The position numbers and the translations under genes are program-made. The notes beneath the pieces are model-generated. The model made no database searches. It saw only the letters and a list, made by a program, of their open reading frames with translations, and was not told the DNA's origin. Shown here in pieces: positions 46,491-55,073 of a DNA stretch of 64,000 nt. The DNA comes from Deltaproteobacteria bacterium (GTDB taxonomy: Bacteria > SZUA-79 > Acidulodesulfobacterales > Acidulodesulfobacteraceae), in assembly GCA_023489335.1 (NCBI GenBank), contig JAMDCP010000011.1:135057-199056 (forward strand). The letters are read 5' to 3'. The stretch's first letter is position 1, and each line of letters opens with the position of its first letter.

Positions 46491-47292
46491 AAAGGTCAAG
46501 GAAGCGATTTATCAAGTGAGGCGGGAAAGGTTTCATGATTCAGTGAAAAAGGCATCACAGGCAACAGCTCGGGCTGATACAGACATATTGAGTGGCATAG
46601 AGGTATCAGTGGGCGATGTCTTTAAATTGGGCGAACATATACTAATATGTGCCGACAATACCGACCCTGCCGTTATCGAATATTTACGCTTGTTTAAGTT
46701 TTCTTTCTCTTTCGCCGACCCGCCCTATAATTTAGGGTTAGCCGACTACGATAGGGCTGAATTCACATGGATGCAGGATTATTTAACGGAAATATCAGAT
46801 ATAGTTGCAGTTGCGCCAGGAATTAATAATATAAAGTTTTTTTTAAAAAATACGGAAATGGCTTACAAGTGGCTTCTAATATGCCACGTGAAGAATTTGC
46901 ACTCTGGATGTGCAATCGGCTATACGCATTATTATCCAGTTTTTCTTTTTTCTAATTTGAAATCGATAAATTTTGGGATAAAAGATTTGTTTGATATTAC
47001 TCTGCCGCCTATGCCGGAGGAAGACCGAGAAATTGCAAATAAGAGGCAAAAACCGTCGGGATTACTAACTTATATACTGAACAGCTTTACGAAAGAAAGT
47101 GATTTTATTATAGATCCTTTTGCAGGAAGCGGTCAGACTTTAATGGTCTGTGAGGCATTGGGCAGGAAATGCATAACTGTTGAAATACTGCCGGATATGG
47201 TTCGGGCGATTATACATCGTTTTGAAAACAAGTTCGGCATAAAAGCCGTTAAAATTAACACTTTACAAGTGAAAAATACATATTGTGTATGA
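46429..47292 (+). CDS. DNA methyltransferase (N6-adenine or N4-cytosine, beta class)
   Basis: DPPY motif (FADPPYN) precedes the SAM-binding motif IIDPFAGSGQT. Confidence 0.75.
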   Translation: MQGLNQINKKKVIDIIVEKNKKVKEAIYQVRRERFHDSVKKASQATARADTDILSGIEVSVGDVFKLGEHILICADNTDPAVIEYLRLFKFSFSFADPPYNLGLADYDRAEFTWMQDYLTEISDIVAVAPGINNIKFFLKNTEMAYKWLLICHVKNLHSGCAIGYTHYYPVFLFSNLKSINFGIKDLFDITLPPMPEEDREIANKRQKPSGLLTYILNSFTKESDFIIDPFAGSGQTLMVCEALGRKCITVEILPDMVRAIIHRFENKFGIKAVKINTLQVKNTYCV

Positions 47293-47453
47293 TTTATAAT
47301 TTACTATTTTTTACTTATTATTCCGTTATTTCTTTTATTATAAATTAGACATAAAAATTCGCACTCTTTGTGAATATTTATCGCTGATAATTTTTTTTAA
47401 AAAGGGATATGTTAATACTATTATTAAAAAAATAAACAATTTGACAATTAATT

Positions 47454-48728
47454 ATGAAAATAAACAGTTATCAAATTAAATCACAAAAAAACGCTCTCTC
47501 TGAGCAAGCATTACTTGCGGGGATTATAATTGATAATAGAAACTTCGAAAAGGCTTCCTTTTTGGTTCCAGCGGATTTTTATGACAGCCGGAATAGGGCG
47601 ATTTTCGCAAGGGTAAAGGAACTTTATAATTCAGAGAAGGCTATCGATTTAACGAGCTTTGCGGGCACGGAGCACGAAGATTATATACTTGGATTAATGG
47701 GGTTGCCGGATGGACTGCTAAATATCGAGAAATATATCGAAGAAATCAAGGAAGAAGCTATTAAGAGGCAGAGGCTTTCTCTAATGGACGATTTCAAAGA
47801 AAATAAAATAAACTACGATGAACTAATAAACTTACTTCAAAAATTATACGTTGCAAAAAAAGAACCTATCAGCAGTTCTCAATTAATTGAACATATAAAA
47901 CCGATTCAGGAAAAAAATATCTTCGGAATAAAAATACAATATGGAGCAATCTTTTCGATTGCCGGTGCCACGTCTGCCGGCAAGACTGAATTTTCGCTCG
48001 AAATAGCGGATATTCACGCTAAACAAGATGGCTGCGTAAGCATATACTGCGTTTTCGAAGGCGGAATTAATGAATTTGCAATCAGGTTAAAAAAGAAAAA
48101 TATAAATAACGAAAATCTATTCATGCTTCATAATCCGGACATTAACGACATCAGAGCGGCGATAGATAGATTTAAGGATAGAAAAGTATTGGTTATCATA
48201 GACTATTTACAGATGTTTGCCCGAAGACTTCAGGCGAACGACAATAAACCTTGTGATTTTTTAAGGAAATATACGAGCTATATATACACTAAATTAGACG
48301 AAATAAGGGCTAAATATAATGTTTGTTTTTGTTTGTTATCGTCGCTCAACAATCAGGGAATAGGCGAATTAAGGCTATTACAGAATTTCGACGATATTGT
48401 CTTCCTTAAGTCGATAAAAGAAGACGGGAACGTTCAATACGACAACGATTATTTATATGCAATCATTTTTGCGGATGATGCAGAAAAAAACGAAAATAAA
48501 TGGTCGTTAGGACGAAAAAAAATAGATAAAATGAGAAAATATATCTTATTGCACCCCGCAAAACCTTCAAGGATCGGAGAGGAAGCGGCGGATATTCTCT
48601 ATATTTATGATGTTGAGAGCGGCAGATATCAAAAGATTGATAAGACAGCGCAAAATTTTCAAGATAATAATAAGGAGCAAAATAATGAAACGCAAAAAGA
48701 CGACTACTATGCCCAATACGGTATTTAA
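47454..48728 (+). CDS. DnaB-like replicative helicase
   Basis: DnaB N-terminal-domain pattern (SEQALLAGIIIDNRNFEKA...FYDSRNRAIFARVKELY) plus a RecA-like P-loop (AGATSAGKTEF). Confidence 0.7.
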   Translation: MKINSYQIKSQKNALSEQALLAGIIIDNRNFEKASFLVPADFYDSRNRAIFARVKELYNSEKAIDLTSFAGTEHEDYILGLMGLPDGLLNIEKYIEEIKEEAIKRQRLSLMDDFKENKINYDELINLLQKLYVAKKEPISSSQLIEHIKPIQEKNIFGIKIQYGAIFSIAGATSAGKTEFSLEIADIHAKQDGCVSIYCVFEGGINEFAIRLKKKNINNENLFMLHNPDINDIRAAIDRFKDRKVLVIIDYLQMFARRLQANDNKPCDFLRKYTSYIYTKLDEIRAKYNVCFCLLSSLNNQGIGELRLLQNFDDIVFLKSIKEDGNVQYDNDYLYAIIFADDAEKNENKWSLGRKKIDKMRKYILLHPAKPSRIGEEAADILYIYDVESGRYQKIDKTAQNFQDNNKEQNNETQKDDYYAQYGI

Positions 48729-49566
48729 GCAACAGGTCGGGAATACGACAGTGTCTTTTGTCAGGGGAGGAATATTCTCCCCTGTAGTAAAGTCCCCGAA
48801 ACGTCCGCAGGATGATATTATTTTTAAAAATCACTGGGCAAAGTTAACTATATTAAAAAAATACAATCGAATGACTCAGGTTCATATTAACATTCTTGAC
48901 TGCATCATTGCTTCCGCCATAAAAATAAATAAAGGGTTTGTTAAAATGAGTAATGGTGAGATTCGACTGTTTTTTGAACCATACACGGTTCTTAAAATGC
49001 TCGAACAAAAGGGGAAAAATTATAAATGGCTCAGGGGTAAGTTGGACGATCTTGTTGCAACATTAATCGAAATAGAAACGGATAAAAATACGGCGCATGA
49101 AGGGATACTTCATTTTCACAAATGGAGTAAAACCCTGAATCCTAATGCCGTTAAAAAAACATCAAGATTTAAAAGCGGCGCCGGATATTATTATGTGGCG
49201 GTAATTAACCCGGGATTTGCTAATTTTTTCAATATTGAGATTAATATGAATTATATCAAGATACTGCCCGACATTATCCGGTTGCATGACGGCATTCTTC
49301 AAGCGTTTGTCCGGTTTTGTATAAGCCATAATGAACTCAACATGCCACTTATAGATGTTTTATATAACATAAGAGCAGAAATAAGCGACGACCGGCAAAG
49401 ACAGAGAACTATTAAAAAAATAAACGACAATGCCGGATTGCTTTATGATAAATTCAAAATAAAATTAGAAAATGGAATAGTATATCATAGACACGCCGAC
49501 ATTGAAGGCATATACTTTATATCGCCGGAGACATCCGCTGATAAAGGTGTAGACGATAAAAGGTAA
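48685..49566 (+). CDS. Hypothetical protein, candidate iteron-binding replication initiator
   Basis: RBS AAGGAG before the ATG at 48685. Overlaps the end of the helicase gene and is followed directly by iterons. No family recognised by eye. Confidence 0.4.
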   Translation: MKRKKTTTMPNTVFKQQVGNTTVSFVRGGIFSPVVKSPKRPQDDIIFKNHWAKLTILKKYNRMTQVHINILDCIIASAIKINKGFVKMSNGEIRLFFEPYTVLKMLEQKGKNYKWLRGKLDDLVATLIEIETDKNTAHEGILHFHKWSKTLNPNAVKKTSRFKSGAGYYYVAVINPGFANFFNIEINMNYIKILPDIIRLHDGILQAFVRFCISHNELNMPLIDVLYNIRAEISDDRQRQRTIKKINDNAGLLYDKFKIKLENGIVYHRHADIEGIYFISPETSADKGVDDKR

Positions 49567-49592
49567 CTGGAAAGCATTGAAAAATAAGGCAA

Positions 49593-49663
49593 CGACAACA
49601 TTTAATACCAAGCCCGACAACATTTAATACCTAAAATGGTTAAAAACGACAACATTTAATACC
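49593..49663 (+). repeat. Three perfect 17-bp iterons CGACAACATTTAATACC
   Basis: Copies at 49593-49609, 49615-49631 and 49647-49663 (spacing 22 and 32 bp). Confidence 0.9.
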
Positions 49664-49666
49664 TGT

Positions 49667-49725
49667 TCAAGAGATATTCAAGAGAATATCAAGAGCGATT
49701 TTAACTCTTAAGGCGTTAAAATCGC
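49667..49725 (+). repeat. Three TCAAGAG units at 11-bp spacing, then an 11-bp-stem hairpin
   Basis: TCAAGAG at 49667, 49678 and 49689. GCGATTTTAAC (49695-49705) pairs with GTTAAAATCGC (49715-49725). Confidence 0.8.
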
Positions 49726-49763
49726 CTATTAAAAAAGAAGATTTTTTACTTTTAAGAATTAAT

Positions 49764-49985
49764 ATGCTAAAGCTAATCGACATAAAAGCGTTATCAGAAA
49801 TATTAAGCGTCAAAAGCTCCACTCTCTACCAATGGGTAGAGCTTGGTAAAATTCCGCATTACAAATTAAACGGCGCAGTAAGATTCAACCATAGCGAGAT
49901 ATTAGATTGGCTCTCCGCTTGCAAAATCGAACAGGTAGGGTATAATACCATTGAAGGTAGAAAGCCCCGAAAAGGAGGTGCATAG
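49764..49985 (+). CDS. AlpA/excisionase-family HTH protein
   Basis: Pattern IKALSEILSVKSSTLYQWVELGKIPHYKLNGAVRFNHSEILDWL. Lies directly upstream of the integrase. Confidence 0.7.
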   Translation: MLKLIDIKALSEILSVKSSTLYQWVELGKIPHYKLNGAVRFNHSEILDWLSACKIEQVGYNTIEGRKPRKGGA

Positions 49986-49992
49986 TAATATT

Positions 49993-51084
49993 ATGGGGCT
50001 AATCAGAAAACCAAACTCCCGTTTTTGGTGGATAAATATTAAAGTCGGCACTAAAAGAATATTTGAATCGACGAAAACGGAAAACAAGAAAAAAGCGCAA
50101 GAAATTTTAAGCATAAGGCATTCCGAGTTATTAACCGGACAAAATAGCCGGATATTAGAGCCGCAAGAGAAAGAAAAAACTAATATTTATACATTTAAAG
50201 ACTTATGCGCAAGTTATTTAGATTGGTGCAAAGGCAGGCAAGCATCCTATAAAATTAAAAAGTATGTGATACCGAAATTGCAAGAAAGGTTTAAAAATAT
50301 GACTTTAAACGAATTTAATTATAGGACGATAGAAAATTTGCAATCCGATTATATAAAAGCAAATTACAAGCCTGCTTATATCAATAAAATAACGGCAATT
50401 GTAAAACACATGTTTAATAAGGCTTTGGATTGGGAAATGGTCACAGAAGAAGATTTAAAGCGGGTCAGAAAAGTAAAACAGCTTAAGGGCGAAAGCAAGC
50501 GTTTGAGGTATTTATCCGATGAAGAGGCGGAAAGGTTAATATCTAATTGTGAGCCTTATTTAAAGCCGATTGTGATAACGGCATTAAATACGGGGATGAG
50601 AAAATCGGAAATATTTAACCTGACTTGGGACAGGGTGGATATAAATAACCGTATAATCCTGTTGGACAAAACAAAGAACGGCGAAAGACGGGAAATACCG
50701 GTTAACAATACCCTATACGAAACATTATCGGGTATGGTAAGGAATATCCATTGCCCTTATGTATTTTATAACCCTAAAACCTTAAAGCCTTACGATAATG
50801 TCAAGCGTAGCTTTGCAACGGCACTCCGCAAATCGCATATTCTTGATTTTCATTTCCACGATTTAAGGCATACATTCGCAAGCAGGTTAGTTATGGCAGG
50901 TATAGACTTAACAACGGTTAAAGAGCTTTTAGGACATAAGGACATTAAGATGACCTTAAGGTATTCTCATTTATCACAAGCGCATGTTAAGAATGCAGTA
51001 AGCGTTTTGGATAAAAAGTGTGACAGTTGTGTGACAGTTGGGTATGATGAAGAAATTGTTAAGCCCGAAAAACCTTATAACATA

Positions 51085-51090
<6 letters not shown>
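49993..51090 (+). CDS. Tyrosine site-specific integrase
   Basis: Catalytic region ...TGMRKSE...HFHDLRHTFAS...LLGHKDIKMTLRYSHL. The stop codon lies inside the 3' end of the tRNA. The ORF is also open from 49951. Confidence 0.85.
51018..51039 (+). repeat. Second copy of the tandem GTGTGACAGTT pair (within the integrase 3' end)
   Basis: Identical 21-mer to 40309-40329. Confidence 0.6.
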
Positions 51091-51160
<70 letters not shown>

Positions 51161-51252
51161 ATATAAACCTATATAAATAAGAAACCCCTTAAGCTTTTTG
51201 CAAAAAGCAATCCGAAAAATAAGAGATAATATATATTACAACCGAAATACCT

Positions 51253-51315
51253 AATTTGTCAATAGGCATTATTTATCAGGCTTTGAAGCATTTTAACATT
51301 TTCTATCGGCAAATT
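51253..51315. repeat. Degenerate inverted repeat AATTTGTCAATAGG / TCTATCGGCAAATT, related to 2351-2426
   Basis: The right arm shares TCTATCGGCAA with 2412-2422. The left arm matches the complement at 11 of 14 positions. Confidence 0.6.
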
Positions 51316-51322
51316 ATAGTTT

Positions 51323-51361
51323 TATGACAATTTGTCATAAATGATTTGACAATTTGTCATA
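51323..51361. promoter_or_regulatory. Two tandem palindromic operators TGACAAtTTGTCA, 22 bp centre to centre
   Basis: Palindromes at 51325-51337 and 51347-51359. The first extends to the 17-bp palindrome TATGACAATTTGTCATA. Confidence 0.65.
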
Positions 51362-51558
51362 AATCTAATTTTTATTATAAAAATTAAAAATCAAATCCTG
51401 GATTTTAAAGGAATTATTTAACTTAAAAATAATTATGATTTCGGTATATATCTTGCATTCCATATCATTATAAACTTAATAAACTTAGAAAACGGTATTT
51501 TTATCTTTTAAAATTTTTTTTTAAAAATAGAGATAAAATATAAAAAGGAGGGCTATTT

Positions 51559-51957
51559 ATGGCAGAGAATCAAAAATTGGCAATAATAATTGCCTCTGAG
51601 GAATATGAAAAATCTCATGTAGCATCAATGATTGCATCCGTTGCGGCGGTTTCCGGCGTCGATGTTTCTGTTTTTGTAACTATGAATGCAGTTTATAATT
51701 ATTTAAAGGAAAATGTAGAGAAAAAGAATTTTACAGGCGGTAAGATTTATAATCAGATTAAGGAAAAGAAAGCCGCCATGTTTTATGAACTGTTTGACCA
51801 GGCTAAAATGCTCGGAGGCCTTAAGATTTATGTGTGTTCCATGGTAATGGATATTTTAGGAATCGAAAAAGACGATTTAATCGATATTGTCGATGATAAT
51901 TTAGGTCTTGCCGCATTTCTGGGGATTATGGAAGGGGCGGAAACCATTACATTTTAA
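51559..51957 (+). CDS. Cytoplasmic DsrE/DsrE3-like sulfur-relay protein
   Basis: RBS AAGGAGGG. Rossmann-like start KLAIIIAS and a conserved Cys in KIYVCSMVMDILG; 132 aa. Sits next to tusA. Confidence 0.65.
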   Translation: MAENQKLAIIIASEEYEKSHVASMIASVAAVSGVDVSVFVTMNAVYNYLKENVEKKNFTGGKIYNQIKEKKAAMFYELFDQAKMLGGLKIYVCSMVMDILGIEKDDLIDIVDDNLGLAAFLGIMEGAETITF

Positions 51958-52174
51958 TTTATTTATATTTATGATGCGCATGCGTATGAATTAGAAATTA
52001 AATTGTTTTTTTAATTTAATCTTAAATACGAGTGGATAACATGTAATTAAAACCGTAAAATAGCGATAAGTTTAACGATGATACGGTTTTAAGATAGATA
52101 AATATGTATATCATATCTTTTATTATGTGATTTTGTTTTAACACTTAAATATTTTTATTTTGGGGGTATCGATT

Positions 52175-52435
52175 ATGGCAGATGTAAATTTAAAAGACAT
52201 TAAACCGACTATTACTGTGGATGCAAGAGGGACATATTGTCCCGGGCCGCTTATGGAGTTAATAAAGGAAATGAGGCAGCAGCCTGTCGGCTCGATAATA
52301 GAACTAATCTCAGGGGATGCCGGCAGCGCAAAGGATGTTCCCGAGTGGTTAAGCAAGGTTCATCAGGAATTTATGGGCGTTATCGAAGAAACGGGCTATT
52401 GGAGAATTTTTTCAAAGAAGGTTAAAGAGATGTGA
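52175..52435 (+). CDS. tusA: TusA-family sulfurtransferase
   Basis: The motif DARGTYCPGPLMEL contains the CPxP active-site signature. Confidence 0.8.
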   Translation: MADVNLKDIKPTITVDARGTYCPGPLMELIKEMRQQPVGSIIELISGDAGSAKDVPEWLSKVHQEFMGVIEETGYWRIFSKKVKEM

Positions 52436-52509
52436 GCTTTAGCTAAAACACCTTTAAATTAAAATTAATTTAACTTTTAATGTAATTAATGTAATTAGGG
52501 AGGCTGTTA

Positions 52510-53668
52510 TGTCCAAAAGGGCATTTATGCGGCAAACCTATAGCAAGAACAATCTTGCCGCCCTTAAAAGTCATTAGTTCATGGCGAAGCTTTAAACAGG
52601 CATCTACCTCATAAAACCAGTGTCCACCCTCTCTCAATCCTGGTATCCGATAAACCAGAGCATTTTTATCAACCAGGCCTTTTGTATATGCTTTTTGGTT
52701 TAAAGCACCATGATGAACTTGTCAGAGACGAAAGGAATTTACTAGACCCGATGGTTGAACTGCATCTTCACCCCGCAGTTAAAATCGATAAGGATAAAAA
52801 TGAGGTTCATCTTAAAAACGGCGTGGTTATAAAATATGACATTGTGGTTATTGCAACAGGGTCAAGGCCTGCTCCAGAAATGATACCAGGATTGAGAGAG
52901 GGTGGACACTGGTTTTATGAGGTAGATGCCTGTTTAAAGCTTCGCCATGAACTAATGACTTTTAAGGGCGGCAAGATTGTTCTTGCTATAGGTTTGCCGC
53001 ATAAATGCCCTGTTGCTCCGTTAGAGGTTACATATATGCTGGACGATTGGTTTAAGCAAAGAGGGATAAGGGATAAGGTTGAATATACTTATACTTATCC
53101 GATAGGGAGACTCCACGGACTTGAACCCGTCGCTCATTTTGCTGCCAAAACATTTCCAAAGCACGGGATTTTGACCGAGACCTTGTTTAATATGAAGGAG
53201 GTCGATGCTAATAAAAGAACCATCACAAGTTTAGAGGGCGTAACTTTAAAATATGATATATTGCTCACGATTCCGCCGCACAAAGGGGCACAGGTGATTG
53301 AAGATTCCGGCCTTGGACAGAATGGGTTTATACCGACCGACAAATTTACGCTTAAGATGGAAGGAACAACAAATGTTTATGTTGTCGGGGATACGACAAA
53401 CCTTCCGATAAGCAAGGCGGGTTCGACGGCTCACTTTGAATCGGATATTATCGTCGAAAATATTGCCTCCGAGTTAAGAGAGGGTCTAACGCCGTTCAGG
53501 TATGACGGAAAGGTTTTCTGTTTTATAGAAACAGGTTTAAGCAAAGCAACATATATTATGTTTGATTATAATACCCCGCCAAATCCCGTTGCTCCGTCAG
53601 CGCTTATTCACTGGTTTAAATTAACATATAATAAGGTTTACTGGTTAACCCCGATGGGTGTTCTTTAA
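52510..53668 (+). pseudogene. sqr: Sulfide:quinone oxidoreductase-like flavoprotein lacking its N-terminal FAD-binding segment
   Basis: RBS GGGAGG followed by ATG (MSK...) runs straight into the inverted duplicate and stops at 52575. The homologous frame resumes at ...DKPEHFYQPGLLYMLFG and continues through the pyridine-nucleotide disulfide oxidoreductase core (IVVIATGSRP, YVVGDTTN). No GxGxxG motif is present. Confidence 0.6.
52518..52647 (-). repeat. 130-bp perfect inverted copy of sqr-internal segment 52882-53011
   Basis: The reverse complement of 52518-52647 is identical base for base to 52882-53011. The two copies are 234 bp apart. Confidence 0.9.
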
Positions 53669-53693
53669 TTTAACGATTAAATAGGAGGCAATT

Positions 53694-54572
53694 ATGGCTG
53701 AAAATGCAAACGAGGCTCAGCATGGCTCAAAAATCGATATCGGCGCCGCCCTAACTAAGAAACTCACGGAAAAACCGCAAGCCTTGGAACATTTATTAAA
53801 TATTATCGATAGATTAGACACTCTCGATGAATTTAGCGCAATACTTCAAGCCCAGAAGGAAAGCGCAACGGATGCAATGGTTCAAAGGGTGGCTGATAAT
53901 ATCACAACTAGTCTTTCTATGCTGGATAGTTTTTCCGGCGAAGAACAACTTTCCATGATAAAAACGGCCGGCGAAAAGTCGGAAAGCCTGAAAAAGGGTA
54001 TTGAAAAGCTTGACGAGCTCGAGAGGTCGGGCACGATCCAAATACTTAAGGAAATGGGCGATTTTGCCGCTGGTTTTAGCAAGGGAACCACGGATGCGAT
54101 GATTGAGCGTATGGCAGGCACAGCCGAAAAACTGGCGGAATTAACCGACTTAACATTGCAATATAACATAAAGCCGCTCCTTGACGCAGGTCAGGGATTT
54201 GTTGACAGCAACACATTGAATGACCTTGTTGAACTGGCAAACGGCGTGGCTTCGGCAAGAAGAATGATGACGGACGGGCTTATCGACAGAGCCGTCGGAA
54301 CAGGTTTGGATATGGTGGAAGTCCTTTTGACTCATGTAGATGTAAAAGAACTCATAAAAGCTCTCGATTGCTCGACGCATGAGACCTTAACCGAAGCAAG
54401 CGATGAAAAATATCATAAAGGAGGTATTTTTTCATTGATTTCCTTGACAAAAGACCAGGATGTTATGTTTGGGCTTAAATTTATGATGCTTTTAGCTAAA
54501 AATTTGACAAAAAATTTAAGAGAAAACCAGCAAAGCATATTTATAAGTTCATCTTTTGGCAGGGAAGATTAA
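53694..54572 (+). CDS. DUF1641-like protein, apparently with two repeats
   Basis: Two similar helical segments (LEHLLNIIDRLDTL...TDAMVQRVADN and IEKLDELERSGTIQIL...TDAMIERMAGT). DUF1641 genes commonly follow sqr/NADH-oxidoreductase genes. Confidence 0.45.
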   Translation: MAENANEAQHGSKIDIGAALTKKLTEKPQALEHLLNIIDRLDTLDEFSAILQAQKESATDAMVQRVADNITTSLSMLDSFSGEEQLSMIKTAGEKSESLKKGIEKLDELERSGTIQILKEMGDFAAGFSKGTTDAMIERMAGTAEKLAELTDLTLQYNIKPLLDAGQGFVDSNTLNDLVELANGVASARRMMTDGLIDRAVGTGLDMVEVLLTHVDVKELIKALDCSTHETLTEASDEKYHKGGIFSLISLTKDQDVMFGLKFMMLLAKNLTKNLRENQQSIFISSSFGRED

Positions 54573-54631
54573 AAATAGGGAGGAGTGGAAAATAAAAATA
54601 AAAAGCTGATAAATTTGCGGCTCGAATTTTT

Positions 54632-54673
54632 ATCCCGGCATTATGCAATTAAGATAGCGCCGGGATTTTTTTA
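54632..54673 (+). terminator. Rho-independent terminator
   Basis: atcccggc pairs with gccgggat, followed by ttttttat. Confidence 0.5.
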
Positions 54674-54814
54674 TCTTTTTGCCGGTTTTACCTAAGTTTT
54701 CCGGTTTAGATTATTTAATAATGAAGGTTATTTAATAATTTGTTGACATTTTTGTTATACGCTATTAAACTAAATTTAAGATGAAAATTTGTTTATAATT
54801 CATATTACTTTTAA

Positions 54815-54889
54815 GGGCGCGTAACTCAGGGGTAGAGTGCTACCTTCACACGGTAGAAGCCGGCGGTTCGAGACCGTCCGCGCCTACCA
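54815..54889 (+). tRNA. tRNA-Val (anticodon CAC), CCA encoded
   Basis: GGGCGCGTAACTCAGGGGTAGAGTGCTACCTTCACACGGTAGAAGCCGGCGGTTCGAGACCGTCCGCGCCTACCA. The anticodon loop is TTCACAC. Confidence 0.9.
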
Positions 54890-55073
54890 GTAAAATCAAG
54901 TTTTTACAGGACTTCATTTTTAGCCTTTTCATTGCAATGTGCCAAATTTGCGTCGATCCCGCCCAAAACATTCATGCCTCCATAGTCAAAAAAGTTTTTA
55001 AACAAGGGTTCCAAACGCACATTGTTCTAAACACATTTGACTTTTGGGTAATAAATGATAAAAGATATAATAT

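Noticed and set aside
49593-49725. The direct repeats here, and the phased arrays elsewhere, as a CRISPR array
   Set aside because: The repeats are 7-17 bp long with irregular or 11-bp spacing. There are no 25-40 bp repeats with unique spacers of similar length and no cas genes.
52518-53011. The sqr inverted repeats as a programmed invertible promoter switch (inverton)
   Set aside because: The flipped segment is coding sequence, not a promoter. Neither orientation would restore the missing FAD-binding N-terminus, and no recombinase gene is adjacent. It is reported as a rearrangement or assembly issue instead.
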